A DNA stretch of 64,000 nucleotides from Callorhinchus milii (GCF_018977255.1 NW_024704760.1:3224001-3288000), one strand, 5' to 3'. Counted from the stretch's first letter, positions 48,207 through 63,193 are shown. Notes: generated from the sequence alone by a model not told the origin. Made by a program: numbers and translations.

Positions 48207-49317
48207 ACACAGTCCAACTCCATTTTAGTGTATAATCCATCAGTGTAACATGCTTCAGTGAGGCTTGAGTGGAGAGGAACTGTGGCCAAATGGTGTAAGC
48301 AGTTCACAGCTTGGCAGGTAACTTTGTCAAATCATTGGTACAGATTACTACAGAAATATTCTGAGCACGATCCAAAGTCCACCTTGTTATTTTCCCTTTG
48401 CCTGTTTTCGCTGAAACAATGTTATTTATCCTGTGTAATAAAGTAACCGAACATGACTTACCACCCAGAAATATTAATTGTTTTATTGATATTTCTAACA
48501 CTTGATTTAAAAAAAAATACAAAAATTCAGTTGCCGCATTCGTTTTCCATAGCTCAATATAACACATCACTTTTATCTTAAAAAAGTCAAAACTCCATTA
48601 AAAAAACTATTACAAAAATATCTCCCCTTATCCCAAAAGTTTTCTCTGATCCAGAATTGAAGCTTCATTTATTGTATGTAGACAAACTTAACCTGAACAA
48701 GGTAAACAAGGTAAACACCTGATAATATATATTTTCATCCAAAGGTTTGATTGCAAAAGACTTTGTACCTCATCATAAAATAGTTGTGTATCTGTAACAT
48801 GTTTAAGAAAACATAATGCCTCCCAACAATGTTCAGCTGCCAAGGTTCAGCCAATTAATTGACCGTAATTCATGCGGAAATCCGCATAGCTTTTTGGAGT
48901 ACCAGGGATCTACTAACCCTCTAACACATCTAAAAGCACCAGAGAACATCAGATAATGTGTGCCAAAGCCTGAAATTCAACCCAGTCTTAGCCCGAAATC
49001 TCTTGCAGCCACTCAGCAGAGCTTTGGGTACCTGCAGAATGTCAACCGGGGCTATTGGATTTGGGAAATACAAAACATGTTTCCCCGCTTCTCCTCATAA
49101 CTGCTGAAAGTGACAGTGTTTCATCTCCTGCAGTATAAAGTGGGTTTTCGTCAGATCAGCATCCTTCCTCTGTTGTTCTGCACCTTGTCTAATCCTATTC
49201 CGGCTGTAGGCCTTAGCAAATGCTACCTGATAGAAAACATGTTTCTGAAGCACATTCGGTGCTAACGGTCTTAAGTATGGGTTTGGCTGGTGACCAAATG
49301 CATTTCATTCCAGTTCC

Positions 49318-52300
49318 TTAGGAAAGGAGAATGTCCAGATCTGCATAAATGACAGCAAAAAATACTGCCACCATAGTCAGCATCAGGAGAGATATCCATC
49401 GGCAGCATCGCCTCTAAAAGGAGAATAAATAATAATAATTTATACAAGCCTTTGAAAATCTACCCAGGTCCACAAATGTGATGCCTCTGCTACTTACTGG
49501 AGATTGAGCTCCAGTTGTCTTCGTAAATGATCGTTAACCACTTAATATTACAATGATTTAGGTCCTTGTCTTAGCCTGTGAGAGCATTTTGCTTTAAAGG
49601 CAGCTCAGAATTGTGGAAAATCACTAAATTCAGTCTTAGTTGCGAAGTAGGTTTTTCACAGTTCTCAAAAGACACACTTTCCTGCAGACTAAGACCAGGC
49701 AGAATTTGGGCCCCTTTGCAGTATAATTATTAATAAACCTGGTCATTGTCTACAGTTTCAAAGAAATCACCTGATTCATTAAAAATAATTAAATTATTTG
49801 ATGACGAAATGGATTATTGGCACAGGTAAATCCACGTAAACAAAGATTATTATTGGCTTGTGTTAGGCTTCAGGCCATGAGTTGAAACCTAGGTAAATTG
49901 TTGCATGGAAAATGATAATAATAATCCTTGCATTTGATATAGTGCCTTATCACGTATTATTCATAGAATATACTGCAAAGTGAATTGACTGTATATTTTG
50001 TGGGTGAAAGTTGCGCAAAGTAGTACCCCACAAACAGTCGTGGATTGAGTGACCAAATTATTATTTTTTGAAGGGATTATTACCTCCCGGAATATGATCT
50101 GCTAATCGACTAACAACGGGGTTCCTGCTAGGTAAACAGAGGCGTGTGGAGTAACAAAACTTGCCTAAGGTTTTGCCCTGCCCGGGAATCGAACCCGAGT
50201 CCTCTCGCTTGCGAGGCGAGCGCGCTAACCAATACGCTACAGGACTCCACATTTACTGGATAACCTTTAGGCAGTGGGATTTGCTTGGCCCAGTTCTCAC
50301 CTTTGGTTGTGGCTGTTCTCAGAACCTCACCTTGGCAGATTTCTTCTGAAGCCTCTTTAACTCTTCTCGCGGCTGACGGGGCATCTTTGCACATCGACGG
50401 TGCTCATCCTGCAAGACCCTCAGTTCTAATTGATGTTCGGTACACTGAAGGGTTAACCAAGATAAGAGGCAATTGAATTGCACGTCGAGCGAGAAAACTC
50501 AGGAATATAAGAATTGCTAGACGATAAAAGACCAAAGTCCATCCAGTTCACCTTTCCCCAATCCTAGTAACCACACTCTACATTAATGGATGTTGATAGC
50601 AATGAATTCTGTATAAATTAATCTTATCATCACAGTGGAAAGTTTTGGGAACCTTAGATCCAGAGTTGCCTAGTTTTTCCAAACATACTACACTTACTTT
50701 ATATGTCACATCACAAATTACTCACGTACTGTATCCCAAAATATTATTTTCTGAAAGAAATCTACCTAATCCTAATTTTCATTTGAATGAATTGACACCA
50801 TCTGCTCCCACCGTCTCCACATTTATCACTCTCTCACTGAAATAGTGTTTCCGCAAATTGTTTGTTACGAGGGTCCTTGACCAAGACTATCCCTTGGATA
50901 TAAACTGTTGCAAAGAATTATGAGCAGCATAATTATCCTTGCACTTTGAGTCTTTAATATTGAATTGACACAGGTCATTTCTGTAAGTGTAGTGGCTGTT
51001 GATTTGTAGGCGGGCAGGCAGGCATTTGCGCAAGACAATGTCCTACAAACAGCCATGGAGTACGATCAATTTTATTGGGGGGACACTGGGAGAAACTCCC
51101 TTCACTTTTCGAATAGCGCCATGGAATCTTTAACGTCCGCTGAGCAGCAGACAGGACCTTGGTTTAACGTCTCATCTGAACGACGGCACCTCTGACAATT
51201 TAGCGACCAGCCTGGAATGGCACCAAATCTATTTTCTGCAGGTTTTTGTTTTTCTTTTCGGTTCGTACTTTTGTATTGACGGACAGAATGCGGTTTGGGA
51301 TAATCGGAAAACACGATCCCCGTCAAACATTGCCACGATCGGAATGGCACACGTTTCGTCCCACCTGCTTCTCCTTGCTACGGAGCAAGTCCGTTTGCCT
51401 TTGCAACTGATCCACCAAGTCTCTGATCGCCTGTTGAAGTTCCTGTTGTTGTTGCTGGTGGAGTGGGGAGCTGACCACATCTGGAACAAATCGAAGCCCT
51501 CTCGTTATTGACGTGTTGAAAAAAAAAAAAACTCGAAACCCGCACAGTGCTATTATCCAGCGTGATGGGAAGAGGTCGCAAACTTACCCTGTAGCTCACA
51601 GATTGTAGACTCCATTGCCAGCCTCTGTTCCTCAGTCCTTTGGAGGTGGACTGAAGGGAAACAAAACAACACGAAAATAATAGAGTTATCTCCTTGAGCA
51701 AGTGGTTCGCAAGATCGTTTGGATGAAGAAGGCCCTTCGGTCCATCTGATCCCATGCTGCCGTCCTCCCACATCAAGTAGTTTTATAAATAAGTCCCAGT
51801 GTCCAGGTCGTTAATTAACGTCTGGTTAAGGAAAAACTTCCTGGTGTCTGTCCTAAAATTTCACCCTTTGCCACTCTTTCTCTCTTCCACCTTCCGACTA
51901 CACTAGTGGTGATTGGCACCTGCAACCCACTGGAGCTCCCCGCCATGTGAAACCCCATTGTAATCACCTCCTCACCATCCTAAGCTGCCAGGGGGAGCGC
52001 TTGGCTCTTGGCGTGATGGACAATTGGCAGGTATTCCAGGCCCACGCCTGCTGTCTTCCAGCCAATAACTGTGCCATTGGGGTGGGACATCTGCCCACAA
52101 CGTTCGGTTGCTTGGGGACCTGCTGGCAACACAGGTAGGGGCACCGGAATCGAGCTTCCCCTGAGGGGAAAATGGTGGCCCTGCCTGGCTGCGCTGTTGA
52201 GGGACTTACCTTCAATAGTCATGAGTTGCTCCTGTTTCATGTCATTCTGTTCCTGTAACACGCTAACCTGCTCTTGGAATTCCAGCTTCTCGTTCTCTGC

Positions 52301-55300
52301 GACTTTCAACTTCTCCTGTAAACTTTCCATCGTCAAGACCCGGCCTTCTGCTCCCTACATGGTGGGGGGGTGGAGGAGGGGGGGGGGGAGGGGGAGAGAG
52401 GGAAATGCAGAGAGCAAGATAAAGACCGAGAAAGGTGGAGAAAATGGAAACGTTTTGCAAGAAAGCGGACGGGTGGGACAAAATGACTGTATTTAGATTT
52501 AGTCCATGTTTTTCTTGCGTTAAAGTGTCTTTGCTTGATGACGTCGCAGCGTTAGGTTACCTGCAGTCTGCTCTGAAGGTTGTGCAGTTGATCCACGGTC
52601 TCTGAATGTCTGGCTGTCAGTTCAACATTGTCTGCCATTGCCATATTGTACGACTGTCTCCAGTGAGCACAATCTTGCTCCGCCGCACTGAGCGATCTCT
52701 GCCAACACAAGCACGCACAGTAATTGGGTTCGTCAGCCAGAACTTCAACAACAACCTTGGAGTTATCCCTGTGGGGGTGGTGGGTGGTATTGTGAGAATG
52801 TACACCCTATGTGAAAGGTGTTATATCAATGCAATTTGTTGCTGTTGGTTTCTTACCCCTTCGGTTTGAAGATCCTCACGCACGCTTTCAATGCCCTGGC
52901 CCCTCCCTACCTCTCCGACCTGCTTACTCCCCAACCCACCACCGCGTTGCCTCCGCTCGACTGGCTCTGGCCTCCTGCATGTCCCTCGTGCCCCCTCCGT
53001 TCCACCGTCGGTGGCCATGCTTTCACCAACTCCAACCCTAATTGCTCTTCCTCTATCCCCCCGCTTTGCCCCTTCCTTCCCCTTCTTCACTCGTTCCTGA
53101 AGACTTTCCTCTTCGACCGTGCCTACAGTCACCTCCCCCCAGCTCGGTGTCGTGTTCCGCCACTGTCAAGCGCTCTGGGGAGGGCAGTTGGGGGAGGGTG
53201 GGGGCAAGGCACTACCTTGGCGTGAGGGGCGCTGTATAAATGCAAGTTGTTGTTGTTATCCTTGAGCACAGGAAAGTTCCCCTCTCTCCCTCCTATTGCT
53301 AGCTGAGGCTGGTGGTGTCCTCACCTGGACGCTGGCCAATGATTGTTCAGCGGCGATTCTTTGCTCAATTGCTTTCCGGAGCGACTCCTTGGCAACCAGC
53401 TGGTACTTGAGCTTTTGCTCTTCCATCTCAACCACGCATCTCTTCGCACCGTCTCGGGAGTAATTCTGTTCAACGCACAACAGGAGTTCCTCAATTGCCC
53501 GAGCTTCGAACACAGCCAAAGCCCTACAGCTGTGCAGACTTACGCAAATAACTCTGGAGACGCATTTTCACGCTCAACATATTGAACAACGCTCGAGCCT
53601 GGAAACGCGACACTTTCCCACTTCTGCGGCGTCAAGCGCTCTGAATTCAGGCGCAGCGCGGCTTGATATACACCGAAGCCACCTCTTCCCCCACCACACA
53701 GCAGTCGTCGAGGACACCAGCAGGATACACAGTCGCCGCACTTCGCAGTAGTAGCCTTTGAACCACTTTACGCAACCCCTCAACGCTGCGTCAAGTGCAA
53801 AGGATTGGCAAAAGGACCAGAGGGGGAGACGAGGAGGATTTTTTTTTCTTTTACGCGGCGAGTTGTTACGATCTGGAATGCGCTGCCTGAAAGGGCGGGT
53901 GGAAGCAGATGCAATAACAACTTGCAAAAGGGAATTGGATATTTACTTGAAAAGAAAAAAAAAGTTTGCAGGGCTGTGGGGAAAGAGCGGGGAGTGGGAC
54001 TTGCGGGTAGCTCTTCCAAAGAGCCAGCACAGGCACGATGGGCTTAATGGTCCTCTTCTGTGCTGTAAGATTCTATGATTATTATTGTGACCGTTACCTG
54101 AGTGCAGGCGTACAGCTGCTGCTCCAGGGCTTGGAGTTTACTCTGTGTCACGTCATCATCAAACTGGATCTAAAGTGATCAGAAATATAAAGGCTTAACT
54201 CGTGCTGCAGACCTGCAAACTACTGACTGCGCCTGTGAGGGGTTGCCTGCAGATCTGGGATACAACACTCCCACAGACACAGCCATTTCCATTTCCGTTC
54301 AGTAATTGCAGACAGAAAAGAATATGGAGAAAAGAGCAAGGCAATCTAATTAAAGTATAAAACATATGTGTACATTACAGGGAGACCAAAAAGTCCTGAT
54401 AGCTACCCTAATATCTAAAAAAANTCATAATTTCTTTTAAGACTTATTAGACATTGTTATGGTATCACAACTTTTTGATTCCCCCTCTATATACATATAT
54501 AATATTTAGATAATGTACACAAAAGTACTTTATATTAAAACTCCATGATTGCACAGTCAACAGTCACACGTTTCTTATTAAGAAAACTGCTAAGGAATAC
54601 CGCAAACTAGAATACCCGTCGTGGTCGCTTCAAACCAAGGTGCACAACGAGGGATGTAAGTGAGCGCACGTATGAAAGGTTTGGAATTTGGTCGACTAAA
54701 AATAAATAGCTGCAGACCTGTCTGTGTCGCGTCACCAGTCTCATACCTTCCACGATTTCTCCGATGCCTGTAAGACCGTGGACAGGAGCTGTTGGAGAAA
54801 TCTGAGTTTCTGTTTCAGCTGCAACTCCCGATGCAAGGCTTCCTGTAACAGAGGGAAATGGTCGAGGCTTTACCCAATTACTCCGTGCAGTGGAACAACA
54901 ACAACAACAAGTTGCATTTACACAGCGCCTTTCATGTTAGGAGGACGTCCCAAGGTGCTGGACAGTCAAGGGTTTGCACCAGAGCTGAGGGTTGGAATAA
55001 AAATATAAAGCCCACAAAATATATATTCGCTTTATGTGATAAGGCACTATATCAAATGTAAGGATTATTATTATTATTATTATTATTAGGATGACCGAAA
55101 GCACGGTCAAAGAGGAAGGTCTTGAGATGGGCCTTGAAGAAGGCAAGGGAGGGGGCGAGGCGAAGAGATTCTGGGATGTAATTACGGAGGGTGTGGCCAC
55201 AAAGGCTGAACGTAAGCTTCCATTGGCGAGCACGTCACCTTGGAACGTCAAAGTAAAGGATTCTTATTCTTACCTTTAGGTATTCAGAGAGCTGTTGAAT

Positions 55301-58300
55301 CTCCTGCAAGAGAGAAAATGACAAGTGATTCGCATTTAGGTGCTGGTAAAAAAAAACAATCTTAATGGAGATGTGTTTAAATGTCTGTCCACGTCACTGA
55401 TAACTCCTTCCCCCCCTCCTTGAAGGTGTTAGTAATAGGAGCCAAGGAAGAATTAATGGGAACGTTGTAGGAACGCACACAATCACAACACATCACGTGG
55501 CAGACAGATGTTTCTATTTACCTTGTCTAGAATGGTTACACCACATCTGTAAGGAAAATAGGCACATTTCAGAGACGTGTAAAGTTAACCGAATAAACAT
55601 AGATAGATAATGCCTACAAAATACACAGTCACTCCTTTACGGTAAATTCTGTGAAGCGCTTTGAGATGCGAGAGGTGCTACATCAAATAATAAGAATAAT
55701 GATCCTTGCATTTGATATAGCGCCTTATCGCGTCTTCGAGGCTTCTCAAGGCTCTTCACAGGTTATAGTGTTAAGTGAATTGACTTGTATATAGTGTAAA
55801 GTGAATTGTATATTTTTGTGGGCGAAATGTGGAGGCTAATTGCGCACAGCAGTGCACCATAAATAATATTATTATTATCAAAGACAAGAATCACAGCTCT
55901 GGAGTTGAGAGATCCATACGTACTCTGTCTGCTGGCTTGCTTCCTTGCTCGTTGGCCGATTAATTTCAACTCCCACATCTGAAGGTACTTCTGTCGCTGC
56001 TCCCAAAACAAAGCTCCAGTTACACACTGATCTCTACCTTTGCCGTGACTCAGTGAGCTCCCCGTATACAGATCCACGCTCCTGCCCCGCGCATCTAACA
56101 GTGAACACGCTTTACTAAACTTATCAACTGTCCCTCCATCTGTTTTCAGATGTTCTCAGTAAAATTCATATAATCCATCTCTAACTGAACGGAACCGCTC
56201 TCACCTTTACCGCTGTCAGATGTCTTCAGGTTGACTGTGTTCTTCTGCGGTGGTGCATCGGAAGGGAAGGCCCATGTCACCTTTTGTCCCCAGTGAAACG
56301 ATGTGTGGCTGAACAGGCTCCCGTTCTGCAACGACGTCTGTCAACAGGGAAATAGAGCCCACGTCAGAAAATCGGAAAACATTAGCAGTCAATTACCTCA
56401 TCAGATAAGACCTGGATTGAGCAACTTTGTTTCCCGGGCAGGGCAAAACCTTAGGCAAGTTTCCTGACTCCACATGCCTCTGTTTACCTAGCGGTCAGTA
56501 GGAACCCGGTCATTAGTCGATTGGCCGATCGCTTTTACGGGGGGTAATAACCCCTTCAAAAATAATAATTTGGTGACTCGATCCACGACTGTTTGTGGGA
56601 CGCTGCTGTACGTTTCGACCACAAAATACACAGTCAATCCACTTTACAGTATATTGTGTGAAGCGCTTTGAGGCGTCTCATTGGCGATGCAATAAGGTGC
56701 TGTGTCAAATGCAAGGATTATTATTATTTAGAAGGAGGCGAGGATTGAACAGTGAAGGTATCAGAATGTTGATGAACGTTCTCCAGTTTGGGCTTGGATA
56801 CCTTTGGGGTTTATGGAGTCATTGTATAAATCTTCTGTCATAAGCAAGAAGAGGAACATTTCGATGGTCTCTGGTTTCTTGCCTTCAACTGTCCTCAACT
56901 GTGAACGTTTCAAATTTCCACAAAAAAATATTTTCAATGATATCAGTAAGGTACTCTCAGGGCAGAACTTGGCTTATCACAGATGCTTTCTCGAACATGT
57001 ACCAACACTACTTGCTAATGGGAAGATTGTTGTTCGATGCAGCTTTGTAGTGAATTAGTCATTTTTTGTTTTGCTCTCAGGAAGTGACTTCTCGGTTCAT
57101 AATGTTGTTTGATAAGAATCTGTAGCCAGGCAATAACTGAACCGTGAATAGTCCAATTAAATTACTCTGCTTCCTGTGTAACTTGCATTTTTTCCCCTGA
57201 TCTTAAGGGGTTACATGTATTGTGATTCTTTCCAATGATCAGAGGGCAGGCTTGCTATATGATGTGTTACAATGTGCTGTGTTATATAATAACTATATTT
57301 CTATTATATTATTATATTATTACATTATATTATCTTTTATTGTGGCGCCTATAAATTCTCAAAGCCAACTGTGGTGGCTGTAATATTTTGTGGGTACAAA
57401 CAGTAGCCAATTTACGCACAGCAATGTCCCGCAAACAGCCATGAAGCCAATTTTACCTGGAGGATTTGTTTGCCAGGACATTGGGAGAAACTCCCTTCTC
57501 TTTTTGAATAGTACCATGGGATTTTTGACGTGCACCTGACCAGGCAGACGGGACCTTGGTTCAGCATCTCATTCAAAGGTCTAACAAAGGTCTACCTCCC
57601 CAGGTGCTTTGATTTAGTGCCAATCTAGTCTTTGAGCTCAAAGACGTCGGACTTGAACCCGCAACCCTGACGCAAGAGTGCTACCGACTGAGCCAGAAGC
57701 CATTACTCTTGAAGCTGTGATACTTCCTGTCTCTCTCTGTCTCTTCTTTCTCTCTCGAACACACTTTCCCTGACAACAATGGCAAACGTAGGCTGAGATG
57801 CATTCTGAGAATCCAGTCCTTATTGGTCTGAAGATCAACAAACTGCTGAAATGTAGAACTCGACTGAAGGCCACAAAGATAGATGTTGTGGTGAACATCA
57901 ACGGCACTTTGCTGCAGCAGGGAGTTTGTGGTTAAGGCAGCAGTACTGGCGAACGACACAGAGAGACGTCCGGTGTAGACGTCTAACCCATACCATGCCT
58001 GACAAAGAGCAATAAAACACACACTTATCTCTACCCCCCCCCCAGCGCTAATACTGATCTCACGATTTGAGATGAACACAAACTTCATACCAAACAAAGG
58101 CAGCAGGTGGAACAGGTTAACTCAATGTTGTAATGGGAAGAAAATAATAATAGATAAAAATAGCCCTAGGATTTGATACGGCGCCTTATCACGTCTTCGA
58201 GACGTCTCAAAGCGCTTCACAGGATATAGTGTAAAGTGGAGTGACTGTGTATTTTGTGGGCGCAACGCGGCAGCCAATTGCGCACAGCGGCGTCCCCAAA

Positions 58301-59154
58301 AACAGTCGTGGTTTGAAGTGACCGATTTATTATTATTTTTTAAATAACTTATTTAAAATAAGGTGGTAATTGTCAACAAATTAACTCAAAAGGATTGAAG
58401 GGCCTTCTTTCACCTCCGCCTCCTCCTCTTCCTTTCTTGTGATGATGCCTTTAACTTTTCGACTGAGGTATTTTGATGCTTTGGAGGCAATAAACCCCCA
58501 ACAACAAAAAAATTGGGTCCCTCAAACTCAGACCACGACTGCTTGTGGGACACTGCTGTGTTTGCCGCGTTTCGCCTGCAGAATACGCAGTCCATCCACT
58601 TCGCGGCATTTTCTGTCGAGCGCTTTGAGACGTCTCAACAACGCGATAAGACGCCATATCCAATGCAAGGATTATTATTAATATTAATATTAATATTATT
58701 ATACTCGTGTTACAATCTGTGCTCTCTGCTCCCGTATCTGTCACCACGTAGATTGTCTTACTTGAACAGCTGCGGTTGGCTTCTGTTTCGCTGGGTCCGG
58801 GCCCACATCCTGCCTCTCTGTCGCTACCTCTCTGTTCCCCACGCAGGGGGGCGTTGGCTCGCTGGGCATCTTTGGCTTCGTTTCCTCTTTGCCCACGGTT
58901 AAGTTTCTTCGTTTCAAGAACTGCTCCTGCCTGTGACTCTGCTCGGTGGTCCGCTGCTGCCGGGGCAGGCTGCGGCAGCTGGTGATGTTGTTTCGCCCGC
59001 CCAGGCCCCGCCGGTTCTGTTGCCTCCGCTCCAGTTTCTCCTCGTAGCTCTCGGCGAAGAGTCTGGGCTTCTTCGGGAAATTCGAGGCCTCGGGGCTTGA
59101 CTCGCGCTTCGGGCTACTCTCCGCCAGCCTGGAGGGAGCTGCACCGTTGATCAT
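49318..59154 (-). CDS. TRAF3IP3: TRAF3-interacting JNK-activating modulator (T3JAM), 14 coding exons, about 544 aa
   Basis: Exons 59154-58762, 56337-56205, 55996-55924, 55546-55522, 55303-55274, 54842-54747, 54169-54098, 53465-53325, 52698-52561, 52354-52210, 51650-51588, 51480-51365, 50444-50331, 49413-49318; 1635 nt in frame. Motifs AESYEEKLERRQ, EASQQTECGVTILDKEIQQLSEYLKEALHRELQLKQK, LEQQLYACTQ, long coiled coil, C-terminal TM WISLLMLTMVAVFFAVIY. Alternative upstream ATG at 59190; exons 2-3 are less certain. Confidence 0.88.
53790..54080 (+). mobile_element. CR1-type LINE 3' fragment in a TRAF3IP3 intron
   Basis: FFSFTRRVVTIWNALP-type ORF2 end plus gggcttaatggtcctcttctgtgctgtaagattctatgatt tail. 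Confidence 0.8.
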
Positions 59155-60265
59155 CTTGCACAGCCCTCGCTGTCCGCTCGAAGGCAACATCTCCAACTCA
59201 CCTGGAGCTCAGTAATGGACGGTGACTCCACCTTATGGTCCTGTGCTCGCAATACTGATTCTGACAACTGTCTCAAAAAGCTGTACCTTGCTTCGTGTCC
59301 AATAGTCGCAGAGTTACAACAGTCCCCGTCAATGTTTCAGGCTGTTCTGAACCAAAACGTAGATTGAGATTTATTATGTGTACTTTATATGCGTTCCCCC
59401 TCCCAAATGATCTCTTTGTAGCCTGTTTTAAGAGCCACCTATAATATATATATATACTTGACGAATTGAGCTTTCATTCCCACCAGCATTTGTGCAAATG
59501 CCCTTCACGTCATGACATTCTTTTTCCACTTGTCTGTGTTTCCGTGTATGTGCCTCATCTGCTGAAGTCCACGCGTCTCCTTTGGCTTTTTCGTTTCATT
59601 AATTCGCTGCCGTTACCCGCTTGTGAAACAGCGTTTCGCCCACAAAATACACTCCAAGTCACTCCACTTGACAGTATATTCTGCGAAGCGCTCCGAGACG
59701 TCTCGAAGACGTGATAAGGCGCGAATTTGAATGCAAGGATTATTCTTATTCTTATTCTTGTCAAATGCAAAGGTTCTTAGAACACACTTTCCCAAGATGG
59801 AACTCCCATCTTCGCACCTTAGAATGTGGAACAGCAGAGGTCTCAACTCAAAGAGATGAGTGCGCACCAGCCTTAGGTAAAACCGTGGGAATGAAGAATT
59901 TATACCGTGGTTTAGTCCAGTGACGCACAGTAAGTCCTCAGGTTTAACAGTTCTCTACAGTTTTGGGTTGCCAGCAGGTGCTTCAGGTTCTCAGCTTTGG
60001 TCTCGATTACTCACGAACCTTCGGTGACGTCCACCCTACCTTCAAACTCCTTTCAATTCAAGTCAGAGAACCAACCGGCCCTTTTTTTTTAAATTCCCAC
60101 CTTGAGCCAGGCTGGTCAAGCTATCGGACAGGTTTCCATCGCGCCAAAAGACAAACTCTTTGGGTTTGCACTGCTCCCTTTCTCCATTCAGACAGGAAAT
60201 CGAAAGAAGAAAAAAGCACCCACCACGCTTCAAACCCTCTTCCTGTCTTGAAATTCGGAACGTGA

Positions 60266-60308
<43 letters not shown>

Positions 60309-63193
60309 TGCTAGGTTGCTCTATTCACAATCATTGAGGAAATGCTCTGGTGTATTTCTGCAAGTCCAGAAAACTCCTTTGTAGCGCTCCACCTGCCTTA
60401 TAACAGCCAGCAATCAAGCAACGCACAGTCTAAGAGCCCAAGTCGACTTCTGCACATTAGTCTCTTTTGGTAGCCCTATCTTTCTTTTTTTTTTCTTTCT
60501 TTTCTTCTTCTGCTCTTTATCTCTCCGACAATTCTGCCCACCGACCGACTGGGTTTCAGCTGCACTGACTGAGATAAACCGATCGCACAGGATGTCGTGT
60601 GTTTGAAGACTCAAAAGTTCTGACAGATGTTTATCGAGTTTTGGGAGGTGGGGTTGGGGAGGATGGAGGGGGGTGGTGGGGGGGGTGGTTGTACGCTAGG
60701 CTAGAGAAGATATCCTAAACACACCCGATAAAGAAAACAACTGAAATTTGTGGTTTTCCCTTGAAAAGCCGGAGCCTGTGGCCATTTGTATTTTGAGTCA
60801 CTGATTCCGTCTCTAGCAATGTGTTAAGTGACTGACAGGAGGGTGGAAGGCCAACTAGGTGGACCTTTGGTCTTCTTTCGCCGAGCAAATTCTTACGCTC
60901 TTAAGCCGTCGGAGCAGCAAACTCTACGTGATGTCTCTCTGGTCGTTTGCTGTTGCATTCGGTTTCCAATCGCGCCCCGCAGAGGGCTTGTCTCTCGAAA
61001 TGGGAAGAACCTCGTAAAACCAGTTCATAAAGAAACAGATTCAAAATAAAAGACGCATCGAACGTGACACTTCCCATTAAAGGAGCGCTCAGCTTTACTT
61101 GTAAAGCTACTACGTCACTGTGCTGTCAAAAGCGTAGGGCTCGACCTAGCGTGGATTGCTGCTTGAATTTAGTTGAAAAGTTTAGCCAGTTCGGAAGCAA
61201 CAACAATTTGCGTTTGCAACAACAACAACTTGCATTTATACAGCGCCCTTCACTTCACGCGGGGCGGCGTCTCGGAGCGCTTGACGGTGACGGAGCCTGA
61301 CGTCGAGCCCGGGAGAGGTAGAGAGGAGGAGGTGACCTGTGTGTATGTGTACACTGTACTCTTGTAGGCAGCAGGTTGCAAAGCGCTTGAGCTGGAGGAC
61401 AGGTGGCGTGGAGACAGAGGTGAGAAGATTTCAGGAGCAGGTTCCAAGTGACCAGTTGGTGTTTGTGTGCGTGTGTGTGTGTGTGTGTGTGTGGGGTGGG
61501 GGGTGTGGGGGGGAGGATGATGCAAACGGTTTTGAGCAAAGTGTTAACATATCACTCTTGACAGATTTTTGGGACCACCGCAGTTGCTTCCTTTCACTGG
61601 GCTGTACAGCGGGTTTCAGAAACCAACTGAACGGGTTCCTGGAAATGAAAAGCATTCAAGGAATGTGAGTGGGTGAAATTCTGTAGATGTATGAGAGGAA
61701 TCTACTGGGGAGGTAGAACTGGTTGGGCCAAATAGACAGTTTCTGTGCTTGATACTCTGTATAAATCTATGTAGAAAGGGGAGCTAGATTAAGCAATGGC
61801 CAAACCCTGATTGTAAATGCTTAAACAATAATAATAATCATGTCCTGTGGTAAGGGAAGGTTTTTAATGCGAGGTGGCACGCTTCCACTTTGAGCGACTT
61901 TTATCTTGATTTGAGCAATCCCGTAAAAATTGCGAAAGTTGCACGTGTGAATCTTTTCACCCGCAAAACACACAGTCAATTCACTTTACAGTATATTCCG
62001 CGAAGCGCTTTGAGACGTCTCAGAGACGTGATAAGGCAAGGATTATTATTATTATTATTAATGCGTTCTAGGGTGGGTATCACACTGTTGAGTTGGCTGT
62101 ATTGTGCCGTTATTTAATAATCCTTCAATTTGATAGGAAATCGTAGAGAAGTCTCAAAGCGCTTCTCAAAGCTTTATTCCTGAGTGACTGTGTGTTTTGT
62201 AGCCGGACTCTTGAGACGAGGTAGAGTAGCTGTTGGGTGCTTTGCTTTGAGAACTGGTTTGGGGCAAATGAAAGGCTGACCTGGGGATGGCTTTAAGGGG
62301 TGACAAACATTTGCACACGTTCCGAGTTGCGAGGATGAGTGTCCAATTTACGGAGCTCAGGTTGGCCCTTCACAAGAGCCCGGGGCAGAGCAAAAACACA
62401 AACACCGCAACACAAATTTCCAAAGAAAAATAACAACTTGCGTTTGCACAGAAGTCGCAGAGGTAGGGGGGGAGGTGAGACTAGGAAAATGGTCGAAGAG
62501 GAAGTTTCTTCAGGCACGACCTGAAGATGGGGAAGAAAGGGGCAAGGCGGAGGGTCGAAATAAGATCAGAACAAGACTGAGATGACATCTCTTTATTATT
62601 TCAAATTAGATTTACAAAAGAGGAGTGCAGATCTTACCCACTATGGTATTTATTGGGCAGCTGAGCATCAGCAGAACCTTGTTTTCCGATAACATGTTTT
62701 CAAGCCAGATCCAACTTTTGTAATTGCAACAAAACAAATCATTGACGGTCACACAACAACAACAACAACAAAATTCCATTTGTATAGCGCCTTTCACGTC
62801 GGGAGGATGTCCCAAGGCGTTGGACAGACAGAGTTACGGATCCGAGCTGGGGGTCGGGGTCGGGGTCGGGGAGGGAGTAGGGCACCGGGGGGATGGGGGG
62901 GAAGCAGGGAGATCGAAAGCACGGTCGAAGAGGAGGGTCTTGAAGATGGCGAGGGAGTGGGCGAGGTGGAATTTCAGGATTCTCATGTGTGCCACCATCC
63001 CCACAACGGAAAGATTGGGAGAAATGGGAAAAAGTTGGGTAAACAACATAATGGTTCAGATTCGACAAATTTGTGTTGGTTCCTGTGCATAATAAAGTTG
63101 AATTTAGCTCCCTCCCTCCTTACGTTGATAACGTGTTTATGCCCGAGTTCAAATATCCTGTTTAAAGAGTTTCAGGAAAAATAACAGAAGCAT

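Noticed and set aside
57760-57998. Possible extra TRAF3IP3 exon (AWYGLDVYTG...)
   Set aside because: The acceptor is plausible, but there is no convincing donor or homology, and the gene model is in frame without it.
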